Below are positions 1-11,540 of a stretch of 64,000 nt of DNA, one piece after another. Each line of letters begins with the position of its first letter. Within the stretch, counting starts at the first letter, position 1. Both the position numbers and the translations under genes were made by a program. The stretch lies in the NCBI RefSeq assembly GCF_009914755.1, contig NC_060928.1, one strand, 5' to 3'. Under the pieces are notes generated by a model. That model was not told the origin of the DNA. It saw nothing but the letters and a program-made list of their open reading frames with translations, and did not search any database. This DNA comes from the human T2T-CHM13v2.0 reference genome, Homo sapiens.

Positions 1-152
1 CAGCCTGATCAAGGTGGAAATGTGGTAAATGCAATGTAATTAATTTGCATCTTATATAATTAATTCAAAATAAATCAATATGATTTTTCTTATACATATA
101 CAATATTTTGTGAAAATTGTTATTTATAAAATAAGACATATGATAAAAGGCA

Positions 153-592
153 TTGTATTAGTTTTTTATATTACAAACTAGAAGCCTTTTAAGAGAGAAA
201 TGTATTGTCTTCAGTTCTGTAGGCTGAAAGTCTGAAATCAAGATGCCAGCAGGACTGATTCCTTCTGAGTGCTATGAGGAAGAATCTGTTCCAGGGCTTG
301 CCCCTAGCTTCCAGTAGCCTTAGGCATTACATAGCTGTAGATGGACTTTTCCCTGTGCTTTCACATCATCTTTCCTCTATATGTGTTTGTATATGTGTCC
401 ACATTTTACCTTTTTTATAAGGACACAGGTCATACTGGATTATACTGGTCATACTGGATTAGGGCCCAACCAAGTGACCTCATCTTAACTTGATCATCTA
501 CACTGGCCCTATTTCCAAAAAAAGTTCAATTCACAGCTACTGGGGGTAAGGATTTCAGTATATTTTTCAGGGACACAATCCAACCCACAATA
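153..592 (-). mobile_element. MLT1 (MaLR) solo LTR, MLT1B/C-like
   Basis: Starts tgtattag; contains cagttctgtaggctgaaagtctgaaatcaagatg, gacctcatcttaacttgat and gggacacaatccaaccca, typical of MLT1 in reverse orientation. Confidence 0.8.
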
Positions 593-2629
593 GGCATGCT
601 GTTACTTTAATAAATGTATATATATAGCAAATTCATTTGTTTGGGTTTGGAAATAATACAATAAAAATTAATGATTTAAAATGAAAAGAACCATATTAAC
701 TTTGTTAGATGCTAGAATCTAATTTTCTCTGTCTTCTATAAAAGGAAACAATACCTAGTACTGAAAATTAAGACTCTGATAGTTGGCATATGTTAATTTT
801 TCATAGTAATAAGAAAAAGGTAAGTATATTGTACGATAATTAAAAATAAAAGGAGTAAATGTTTCATGATTTCACTTGAGATTATTGGTTTTAATTATCA
901 TATTGAATTCTAAATAGCAACTCTGACAGTAATTATATGAGTTTTACCTGTGAATTTTATTCAATGTGTCAGGAAAGCCATGGTAGTCTTTCAAAACATT
1001 TGTTATGTTTGAAGAACCAATATCATAAGCCTTTGCTACTGTATCTGTTTTTAAGTTGCTTTTTAAAAAAAAGTTAATGACAAATTCTGGAGATGAGTAG
1101 TTAGAATATACAAAGCAAATTATCAAAAAAAAGCATTTTTAGGGTTCAATATCTATTTCCAATGCTCTGCTTTATTTTTATGAGATTTTACCTCAGACTT
1201 TACACCTTCTTTGACAATAGCCTGAAATAAAAGAGAAAAAGTTGTCAAACAAAAATTGTCGTCACCCACTCTATTTCACAACATTTGAACTCAGAAGATT
1301 CCAACTCACGACATAGTGTTCCATTATAGTATTATGTGTCCACCTTAACAAAAACATATAAAAATAAGAAAAAAGAAGCCCTGTGTATTTATTACATTTT
1401 GGTTGATTAATAACTAAAAGAGAGATATATAAAATAAATATTTTCAACTATATGTTTATTTGGATGGGTGAGGGCTGTATCTTTTCTGTAAAAGTGAAAA
1501 ACAGGTATTGTGGATGCAGGAATGCTCCCAGTTAGGTAAGTTTTTATAAAGACAAATTATGAAAGTTGAGAATCTGGAAATTGATTTCCTTAAAAACATC
1601 TGAGTCTGTAAGAAAGTTACACATGTCTTAGTTAGCACCACTGATGTATTGGCCCCACTGCTGGACACTGTGGTTCTGGCCATTTGTTCCCAAGCCTGAA
1701 GTCTCTGTTGAAGCAGCTTCTGTTCTGAACCATGACTTTCCTGGTCTGTGGGTCAGCTTAGTTCTCTAGGGTCTTTCACCAAGCACTCCAAGTGCAGGAT
1801 AAGAAATGCCAAGGGCCCCAGCACAGACTCACTTACCTATCTGATTCTTGTTGCTACTTTCACAAGTCACCCTCACGCCATATTGGATGTGATCTTGAGC
1901 CCAGATAAGGCCTTCTAATGGCCTTCACATTCCTTACTTTTATTATGCCAGGAGAACAGATCTCCTGCTCTGTCTTTCTGCTTATTCCTGTACATATCCA
2001 GAGGTTAAAAAAACAGTTAAAGGAGAGCCTGAAATGTGGAGTGAAGTGGTAAGAAGAATACTTAGGGTCTGATCATTTCTATCATCCCTCTTCCACAATT
2101 TCTGGGATGGAAAAAGTGGACTTAGTGTTTTCCCATTCCTCTGCTTACCTCCTCCATTCTTCTAGCTTTGAGCAGTGAAGCTCATAGGCTAGTTTTCATA
2201 GAACTCAGCAGAACCTGGGGCATTGGCGGTCCTTAAGAAATATTTGTTGAATGATTGCTTGAATCCATGAAAAGATAATCTAATCTATACATTGACATAA
2301 CCTGTAGAATCTTATTCCTCCTGATATATTTTAGACATGCTATTGTAATGGCTTTAAGTACTATTGATTTAATTAAATAACCATACATTTTTTAGTCAAA
2401 ATGTGAGAGACATTTAAATAATAACAGGTCAAAAGTAATCCCCATCCTACTGACTAATGAAAAGGATGTGTGTGAAAATGCAAGAGGCAAGCATGTTAAT
2501 ATACTTTTTAAAGTTCCCATTATAATTTATGTGTTAAAAATTATTTATAGTACTTTGAATTTTCAGAGCTCATTAACTATTAATTAATTGATTTAATTTC
2601 TGTACTTTGAAGCAGTTATTCCGTGCTTA

Positions 2630-3180
2630 CTTTTGGCATCTCAGACTAGACATGGCAAAACTAGAAATCTTGACTCTTCTATTCTTAACCACTGCTTCCC
2701 AGATATATTACCCATCTAAGCTCATGGTGCTGCCATTCACCCAGTTTCCTGTCCCAATACAAGAAACCAATCCTTGATTCTCCTCTTCTTCATCACTCAC
2801 ACCCAACCCATAATTTAAGCCTGTTGTTTCTGTGTCAAAATGTACCTTGGATCTCAATATATCTTTAATCACCTCTTCCCTGCTACCAGCCTAAATCTGT
2901 CACCATCAACTCTTAGCAGTATTATTTTCCTAATTGGACTCAAAAACAGACACTTCACACGTTTCCTCTTTATCCCATTACCCTATAAGTTTTGTTACAT
3001 CCCTTATAGCACCGCTTTTTATTCGCTTAGAGTATATCATGTTATTTTTTTTTTCTCTACTTGTTATATTATTTTTATCCCACTAGAATGTTAGATCCAT
3101 GAGAGCAGAGGCCTTGCTTGTGCTTTTCAGGGCTGTATTCTTGTTAACAAAAACAGGGCTGACACATGGTAGGAAATCAA
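2630..3180 (+). mobile_element. L2 LINE 3' region (degenerate)
   Basis: cccactagaatgttagatccatgagagcagagg...ctgacacatggtagg resembles the L2 3' end; the tail resumes as gaatgaataaatga after the L1 insertion. Confidence 0.65.
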
Positions 3181-3184
3181 GATG

Positions 3185-3557
3185 TACAAGTGGGAGCTAA
3201 AAAAATTGAACTCATGGAGATAGAGAGTTGAATGATGGTTACCAGAGGCTGGGAAGGGTATGGGGTATTAAGAGGGGATAATAGGTGGAAAAATGCAGTT
3301 AGATAAAAAGAATAAGATCTAGTGTCCAATGACACAGTAGGGCTACTATGGTTACAGTAATTTATTGTATATTTCAAAATCACTAAAAGACTGGAATTGG
3401 AATATTCCTAACACAAATAAATGATACTTGCTTGAGGTGATGGATACCTCAATTACCCTGATTTGATCATTACACATTATAAGCTTGTATCAAAATATCA
3501 CATGCACCCCATAAATATGTACAACTATTATGTATCCATAAGAAAAATTTTAAAAAA
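3185..3557 (+). mobile_element. L1MA-type 3' end fragment
   Basis: gaactcatggagatagagagt...gttaccagaggctgggaagg...aattaccctgatttgatcattacac...A-rich tail. Confidence 0.85.
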
Positions 3558-4564
3558 GTTGCATTTTTGGAATGAATAAATGACCAAATAAGATAATTAC
3601 AGCAATAAGAGAAAGCCTTTAAATTTTTTTATACAAAGAGATAATATGATCAAAGAATTTAGTTTTGATAGATTATTCTGGTAATGAAAGGATTAGAAAT
3701 GGGAGTTATGTTTGGAGAATATTGTAATTTTGCAGTCAAGAAATGTAGATGGTCTTAGCTAAGGTAATAATGCGGAAATGGAAAGGAGTGGGTAGATACA
3801 TGGAACATTTATGAGGCAGAATTGATGTGACTCAATGAATGATTAAATGTAGCTGAGTTGTGAGCAGAAGGAAGTTAGAAAATGACTTAGGATTTTTTAG
3901 CTAAGGAGACCCAGTTGTTCTAAAATATTTTAAAGAGATGTTTCTAAATGAGTTTCCTTCACTTCAACACTAGAGAAACTCATTTAGAAACATCCTCTTT
4001 GAAGTGTTTCTAAAGCATTCAGTTAGAGATATTTAGAAGCCAGTTAGAACAAGAAGTTCTCTATGTATAAGGAGAATGGTTATGACTGGAGATTCAGCTT
4101 TATGAATCATTTACTTAAATATGGATGTGGAAATCAGATCAATCTAGTAGAGTAGAGAGAAAGAAAAGACCAATTCCTAGGGTCCTTTAACATTTAAGGA
4201 GTGAGATGAAGATGATGATTTAGTAAGGGATACTGAGTCAATGTTTTTTTCTTCCAACAGCATTTCAAATTCTTGCTTTTTATGTATTCATTATTCCACT
4301 CAAATTGGACCTTTCTAAATATGCCCATATTTTCTAACTTACATGCTTCTGTTCATGATGTTCCCAGGAATGCTTTTTGTACATTTCTATTCAATGAATA
4401 GTGTGTTTTTTAATACTCGTTGAAAATACTTCCCTTGAAAGCCTTTTTGAACTTGCTCAAAAGTTTTCTCTTAGACTATGCATTCCTTGAGAGAAAAAGG
4501 AAGTATTCTTCAACATTACTCAGTGAATATAGCAAGTTTTCAATGAATATTTAATAATTTAATC

Positions 4565-4942
4565 TATGGTAGATTGCATTAATATCCCCAATTCTTCACT
4601 CCTCCTTGTATTCCTGCTCTTTGGCATGTAACTTGTAGTGCCCTCTCTGACACGGCGCTCATCCATGTGATTTTCTTCAGCCAATGTTAGGAAGAAGCAA
4701 TGGTATGTGTAGTGCTCAAGATGTCTTGTCTGTTTCTGATTGCTCCTTTCTTCTGTCATCCTCTGAAGAGGGATATGCCTGGGGTTGCCTGCCAGTCTTA
4801 AGAAAAGGATGAAAAATTTTGAGTCATGCCAGGGAACTCAGCATAGATCAACTGAACCTGCAAAGCATGAGAAATAAACACTAATTATTGTATGCCATTG
4901 AAGTATCATGATTGTTTGCAATGATTTTATGGCAATTATCTT
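4565..4942 (+). mobile_element. Old MLT1 (H/I/J-like) LTR; its last bases resume at ~7071-7088
   Basis: atggtagattgcattaat...aattcttcactcctccttgtat...aaataaacact...; terminal atggcaatacctaataca follows the L1 block. Confidence 0.65.
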
Positions 4943-5079
4943 ATTTTATTTTTGAATATAAATAAGTTCATCTAAAAGATATTTGATACATAATCTCCAA
5001 GACAAAAACAGGGTTAATTAAACAACATTCTTTAATATGGAGATTATCATCTCCTCCTTAATACTGCTTTAAAAATCTT

Positions 5080-7045
5080 TTTTCAATTTCTTTAAAAAAA
5101 CTGCTTTATTGAGGTATAATTGTTATAAAAAAACTGTACACATTTCATGCATACAATTTGATGAGTTTAAGCATATGCATACACCCATGAAACCGTCACC
5201 ACAACCAAGATAATAAATATATCCATCACCTCTAAAAGTTGCCTTGTGTTCCTTTGTTTTCCTGTTTATTTGTTTGTGTTAAGATTTGCTCTCAACAAAT
5301 TTTGAAGTGTAAAATACAATGTTGTTAATGATACATGCTATGTTGTACAGCAGATTTCTACAACTTATTCATCTTTCATAAGTGAAACTTTATACCATTG
5401 AACAATAACTGCACATTTTCTTCTCTCTTCAGTCCCTCACAACCACCATTTACTCTCTGAGCCTATGAGTTTGGCTATTTTAGATACATTATATAAATGA
5501 AATCATACAGTATTGCCCTGTGACTGGCTTATTTCACATAATATCATAATGTCTTCAAGGTTCATCAATATTTTCTGTCACATATGGTAGGATTTTTTTT
5601 CTTTTATAAGGCTGAATAATATTCCATTGTGTGTTTTCTTTATCCACTTATCTGTCAATGGACATTCTAAATTGTTTCTATATCTTGGTTATTGTTAATA
5701 ATGCTGCAAAGAACATGAGAGTGCAGATGTCTCTTTGAGATTTTGCTTTCAGTTATTTTGGATATATACCCAGAAGTGGGATTGCTAGATCATATGGGAA
5801 TTCTACATATAATTTTTTTGAGGAGCCTCTATACTGTTTTCCGAAAATATAGGGGAAAGCCTTCTTGACATTGATATTGGCAATGATTTCTTGGATATGA
5901 CATCAAAGCACAGGCAACAGAAGCAAAAATAAACGTGATACAACATTAACCTAAAAAACTATACAGAAAAGGGAACAATAAACAGAATGAAGAGACAATC
6001 TATGGAATGAGAGAAAATATTTCTGTTTTTAAATTTTTTTGACTTTTAGTTTAGGTTTGAGGGTACATGTGAAGGTTTGTTAAGCAGGTAAATACGTGTT
6101 ATGGGGGTGTGTTGCACATATTATTTCATTACCCAGGTATTAAGCCCAGTACCCAATAGTTATATTTTCTGCTCCTCTCCCTCTTCCCACCCTCATCTCT
6201 CAAACAGACCCCAGTGTCTGCTGTTTTCTTTTTTATATTCATAAGTTCTTACTATTTACTCCCCACTTACAAGTAAGAACATGTGGTATTTGGTTTTCTG
6301 TTCCTGTATTAGTTAGCCTTCAGCTCTGCCCATGTTCTTGCAAAAGACATGCTCTCAGTCTTTTTTATGGCTGAATAATATTCCATAGTGTATATGTACC
6401 ACATTTTTCTTTATTCAGTCTGTCATTGATGGACATTTAGGTTGATTCCACATCCTTTGCTATTGTGAATAAATAAACACAGTTTTTAATTGTTGCCTTA
6501 TACAGTTGCCTTTTAAAACATGGGATAAGAAAAGTGTTACAAACATAATAAATATGTTTATATTGTCTTTTTTTAAAATTATACTTTAAGTTTTGGGATA
6601 CATGTGCAGAATGTGAAGGTTTGTTACATAGATATACATGGAGCGAAAATATTTCTAAACAATGTATCTGATGAAAAGTTAATATTCAAAAAATGTAAGG
6701 AACTCCAGCTCAATTTCAAAAACAAAAAACAAACAAAAAACAAAAAGACCCCACAACCCAACAAATACCTTGATTAAAAATGGGCCAAATACGTGAATAA
6801 GTAATTCTCTAATAGAGACATACAAATGGCCAAAAGGTTTATGAAAGGTGCTCAACATCACTAATCATAAGGAAATGCAAATCAAAACTGCAATGAGATG
6901 TCACTTTGCACCTGCTAGGATGGTTATTGTAAACAACCACTACAAAAAAGATAAATACTAGTGGGAATGTGGAGGAAAGTGAACCTCTGTACACTGTTGG
7001 TGGGAATGTAAAATGGCTCAGCCACACTTTATGGAAAATAGTGTG
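5080..7045 (-). mobile_element. L1MA-type element with 5' inversion (3' part on - at ~5080-5842; inverted part on + at ~5843-7045)
   Basis: L1M 3' UTR on - (gctttattgaggtataatt...), then an abrupt switch to + strand ORF2 C-terminal sequence at 5843; ggaaaa(c/t)agt occurs at both segment ends. Confidence 0.8.
6025..6640 (-). mobile_element. Composite L1 insertion (70-bp L1PA 3' tip + ~100-bp spacer + older L1PA 3' end) inside one TSD
   Basis: TSD gag(a/c)gaaaatatttct at 6009-6024 and 6641-6656 (15/16 match). Confidence 0.75.
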
Positions 7046-7421
7046 GCAATGGTTTTAGTGCAATTATTTTATGGCAATACCTAATACAATTTCAAAATGA
7101 ATTTCTTAAAAGTAAAGAAATAAAATAGAATCTCTGAAATTTAAGAAAAAAAAAATGAGTTACCCAATGGCAAAGGATAGAATCTCTTATAACACTAGGT
7201 GAATAGACTTTGACTAACCAACAAAAACTAACATATTCAATTGAGTGTTGCCTTTCAAAGCCCTCTTATTGTGAGGTTATTCAATTATTTTAATAAAGTA
7301 GCTATAGGTTAAGAATTTCTCTTTGTAGATTACTTTTAGAGATAGTTTATAAATCAGTAAAGAAAATCTAGATTTTTTACTTCTTTTTCACATCCAGTGA
7401 ATTCAGAAAATAACACCCTTC

Positions 7422-7937
7422 TGATATAATAATTGGATGCTAACCAAGGCAGCCTTAATCCTCTTACCTTGACTAGACTTTGCACAGGTTTCTTCCTGAC
7501 TGTAGGCACCTGACCTCCTTTTGCTTAGAGAATTTGTTTTAGAAAACTTGTAATTGTAAATCCTTTCTCTGTCCCTTTGAAATGTATGTAAATTATCCTC
7601 TAGCCTCTTGCCTGTTTTACAACGCAGAAATTACCTTTCTCGAAGACCTAGAATCTATCCCATTGAGATGTAGTCATCAAGAGGAACAGCTTCCCTATCT
7701 TCCAGTCTCTGTGGTAGGGTAAGACCTTCATAAACAAACACCTTGAGCCTAATCACATTGAGCAACCTCTCTGCTAATGTCCTCCAGCACTTTGCTGCTG
7801 GCGACCCCCCATGATTAAAAACCCACCCATCTTTTGTTTCAGTGGAATAGAATTCAATCTCTCTCCCCTTTTACAATAGTCTTGGGTAAAGTCTTCCTTG
7901 CCTGTCAAACTCTGTCTGGCGTAATTATTCTTTGAAA
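7422..7937 (+). mobile_element. ERV1-class solo LTR, MER67-like
   Basis: tg start; cttagagaatttgttttagaaaacttgtaattgtaaatcctttctctgtccctttg core; taaagtcttccttgcctg near the 3' end. Confidence 0.6.
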
Positions 7938-8093
7938 ATGCAAAATAATGTAAAGCACTTTTTTTCAAAATAGATCAAATCCAGGTGGTATGCCTATTTT
8001 TTTTATTATGGTAACCAAACTCAATATGAAAAGCAAAGTGGAAGTGATTTCATGTAAATTCTTATCTGAGAATCTTTTAAAAGTCAATTTCCC

Positions 8094-8399
<306 letters not shown>

Positions 8400-9477
8400 T
8401 TAGCCAATTCTTAACATATTGAATTGGCACTTTAAGATTTGAAGGCATATATTTTTCAGAGAATGTACTTTATTTTTCTTTCAATTCATCCTTTTAAATT
8501 TCACTAATGTGGAAGTAACATTCTTTCTCCATAAGGGCTTAAGTTGTTAAAAGATGAGACACAGGGATTTTCTTCTGTGTACCTCTAAACTTAAGGGATA
8601 TTTTGCATTCCCTTTCAGTAGGATGTCACACAGCATTCCAGAGGCGAAGTACTTAGGGTAGCAATTACATTACTTTAATGGAATCACTTTTAAAGGTGCT
8701 ATAATCAATCATCATTAACAACAACAAAAGTGACAAAAACTAACTTTGTTAACTAGGAGAGATTTTGAGCTCGAGATCCTTCCAACTAATTATATTTTGA
8801 TAGATCATTTGGAACTAGCTTTAAATGTTTCCAGGAGTTTCTGAACAGTTGCCTTTTTAGAAGCCAGTTTTATTTTTAATAATATGAGAAAGGGACCAGA
8901 GATTTTTCTGGGAGTGAATTAATCAGGGTGAGGAAAGAAAATAGGGGTTAAAGAAAATTTGCTTTGTGAGATGGAAAGATACTCATGTACGGTGATGTTA
9001 ACTTTTATTAAAGGCAAAAGAGAGAGCAGCCATTTCGTACAAACATACACAGACAACCAATGAAGGAGACTAAAGATAGGAATTTCCCATAACTAATGGG
9101 CCTCAAATATTTGTTCTTTGAACACAAGTGTAAGGCCTTCTGCATGGGTCACTAGGCTGGGCCCAGTACATTGATATTACTTTTTGAGTCGTAAATAAGA
9201 ACATTTGTCCTGGCAATTATAAATCTATGCAAAGAATACAGTAATATAAACTACTTCATATATTCTGAAGCTGCTTTTAAAATATTTTGAGTGTGGTTGT
9301 GTAGGCTAAAGTATAGATACTCTATTAGGGCCTCATAAACAAAGGAGAAATGTTGGATGGGATGGAGAAAATTCAAGGATTGGGGAAAAATGTCAATGCT
9401 AAACAGTAAAATTATAACGAAACTACCTTGATAAGAAAACAAAAGTGCAAAACACTTTGCTAGCTTTTTCTACGGCA

Positions 9478-9496
9478 GCTTCAGCAGGTGGCGCTG
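9478..9496 (+). promoter_or_regulatory. Candidate CTCF binding motif
   Basis: gcttcagcaggtggcgctg matches the CTCF core CCASYAGRKGGCRS except for the first C; lies in non-repeat DNA with a retained CpG. Confidence 0.5.
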
Positions 9497-9786
9497 GTGA
9501 GCTTCTAATAGGTAATAATGTGCATGGTAAAAGTTGAGTTTCATGGGTTATGCGGATGTACTGCTCTCCTCTCCAGGGCTCCAGGGATGAAAAAACGTGC
9601 AGTCCAATAAAGATCTGAAATACGTCATTCTTTTAGTATATATGTATTAAACAGATGCCTATGTAGGTATCAATTTATATTAGCAATTACAAACATATTC
9701 ATGGCTTATTTCTAAAGAAAAGTGCCTGATAATAAAAAGATTTATTTGAAATTACTCAACATAAGTTTTAAAAAATGTCTAGTCCT

Positions 9787-10087
9787 GGCAGGGTGCGGTG
9801 GCTCACGCCTGCAATCCCAGCACTTTGGGAGGCCGAGGTGGGCGGATCACGGGGTCAGGAGTTAGAGACCAGCCTGACCAACATGGTGAAACCCCATCTC
9901 TACTAAAAATACAAAAATTAGCCGGATATGGTGGCTCGCGTCTGTAATCCCAGCTACTCAGGAGGCTGAGGCAGGATAATCACTTGAACCCACGAGGCGG
10001 AGGTTGCATTGAGCTGAGCTTGCGCCACTGCACTCTAGCCTGGGCAACAGAGCGAGACTCCGTCTCAAAAAAAAAAAAAGGAAAAAG
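9787..10087 (+). mobile_element. AluS (Sg-like)
   Basis: Full dimer with poly(A); degenerate TSD aaatgtctagtcct / aaaagtctcgccct-like. Confidence 0.95.
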
Positions 10088-10201
10088 AAAGTCTCGCCCT
10101 CAGTTTTCCTGAATTTCTCTCAAGTTCTATATGAGTACATCTGCCAAGGGCCACATTATTTTGTGAATGGATAATTGAGATAATTGGCAGTATGTTACAG
10201 A

Positions 10202-10368
10202 GCAGTGGCAGTTCTCCTTGAACTTAGACAAGATGCAAGTCACTTAAGGATGTTGTAAAATGTGGGTTTTAATTCAGTACATCTGAGTGGGACCTGAGAT
10301 TCTGCATTCCTAACAAGCTCCCTGATGATGGCAATGCTGTAAATTTTCATATTACGCCGAGTAGCAGG
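10202..10368. mobile_element. MER5A-like hAT-Charlie MITE
   Basis: attcagtacatctgagtgggacctgagattctgcattcctaacaagctccctgatgatg core. Confidence 0.7.
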
Positions 10369-11319
10369 GCTATAGGGGAATTTATATCAGATCTACCTTC
10401 CAGCCCTGGTAATCTTCCTTAACAAGTATGTGACCTTGATGAAGTCAGTTTATCTCTAATAATGAAATAGAAAAAATAAAGTAGTATCTCTTCTTTTTAT
10501 TTATAGTAATCATTTTAGGGTCTTATAAAATGCTGAATTATCTACCAAAGGAAACATTCAGTTATATTTTGTAAATAGTTGGAAAACCAGTTGCATATAT
10601 TGACTTTAACATATTAGAAAATGATTGACACATAAAAATTATTGGCTAAATGTGAAAAGTTTACTTATTTCAGATTTTAGTTTCTGTATTGACTTTTAAC
10701 CTTAGAGAGATCCTTAAAACATAAGTGAATAGGAATGCAAGGTATATAAATGAGAGAATTGACAACAAGTCTAAAAACGGGGTGGAAATACTTCATTGAA
10801 AGAAAGAATGAGAAAAAATGCAAATTACTTAATTTTGTAATTATGATTTTAAAATAACATCCCAGAAAGAAATGAGAAAATAATTGTAAGTCATTTTTAA
10901 TTGTGTGACTCAAATAATAAATTAATATCCCCATAGGGATGTAGTGATCAGCTAAAAGCGGCTTGCTGAGTGCCTACGAGCACCAGTGAGGTAGTGAAGC
11001 TATCCTGGGCTAACAAAGACGCTTATCCTTAAGTCACGTCTTCCTTATAGTTGATACCTGGTTTCCTGTTTGACTTGAGTAAAAATTTCCACCACACACT
11101 GTTTGTCCATATGTGTCTCAGCAGTAGAACAGTGACTAACAGCAGTTTTATTGGATTGGGCATTTGTTATCATTGTAATTAATGCCTGAATGTTCAGCAA
11201 GTGAGTCGTGTCAATAAATGGCATCTCAGACATGCAGGTAAATCGAAGAAGAATGCTTAGGCTTCTATATGGAAGTGCTGCAATCTTCAGTTATGTAAGT
11301 AATTTGTATCTCCTTTCTT

Positions 11320-11540
11320 AGTGCTTTGGAATCCCACTGCCTAAGGTCTTATTCCAGCTCTAAAGTTTAATGACTATGGCTTGGACAAGTTACTCAACTT
11401 CTCTGAAACTCAGTTTCTTCATCTGCAAAATGCAAGTATTATCAGAGCTTAACTTTCTAGGGTTGTTTAGGAAATTTTAAAAGAGATATAATACATGGGA
11501 ACACAGTTTTGGTATTTGGTAACCTATCAACGCATGTTGG
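11320..11540 (+). mobile_element. MIR SINE
   Basis: MIR core ttggacaagttactcaacttctctgaaactcagtttcttcatctgcaaaatg. Confidence 0.8.

Noticed and set aside
428-460. Duplicated ggtcatactggatt; similar short duplications at ~42751 and ~44831
   Set aside because: Ordinary slippage duplications
745-825. + strand exon ending AAG|gtaagt
   Set aside because: Stops in the frames I checked and an ambiguous acceptor; not enough for a call
10987-10995. tgaggtagt, identical to the start of let-7
   Set aside because: The match stops at 9 nt and I see no complementary arm
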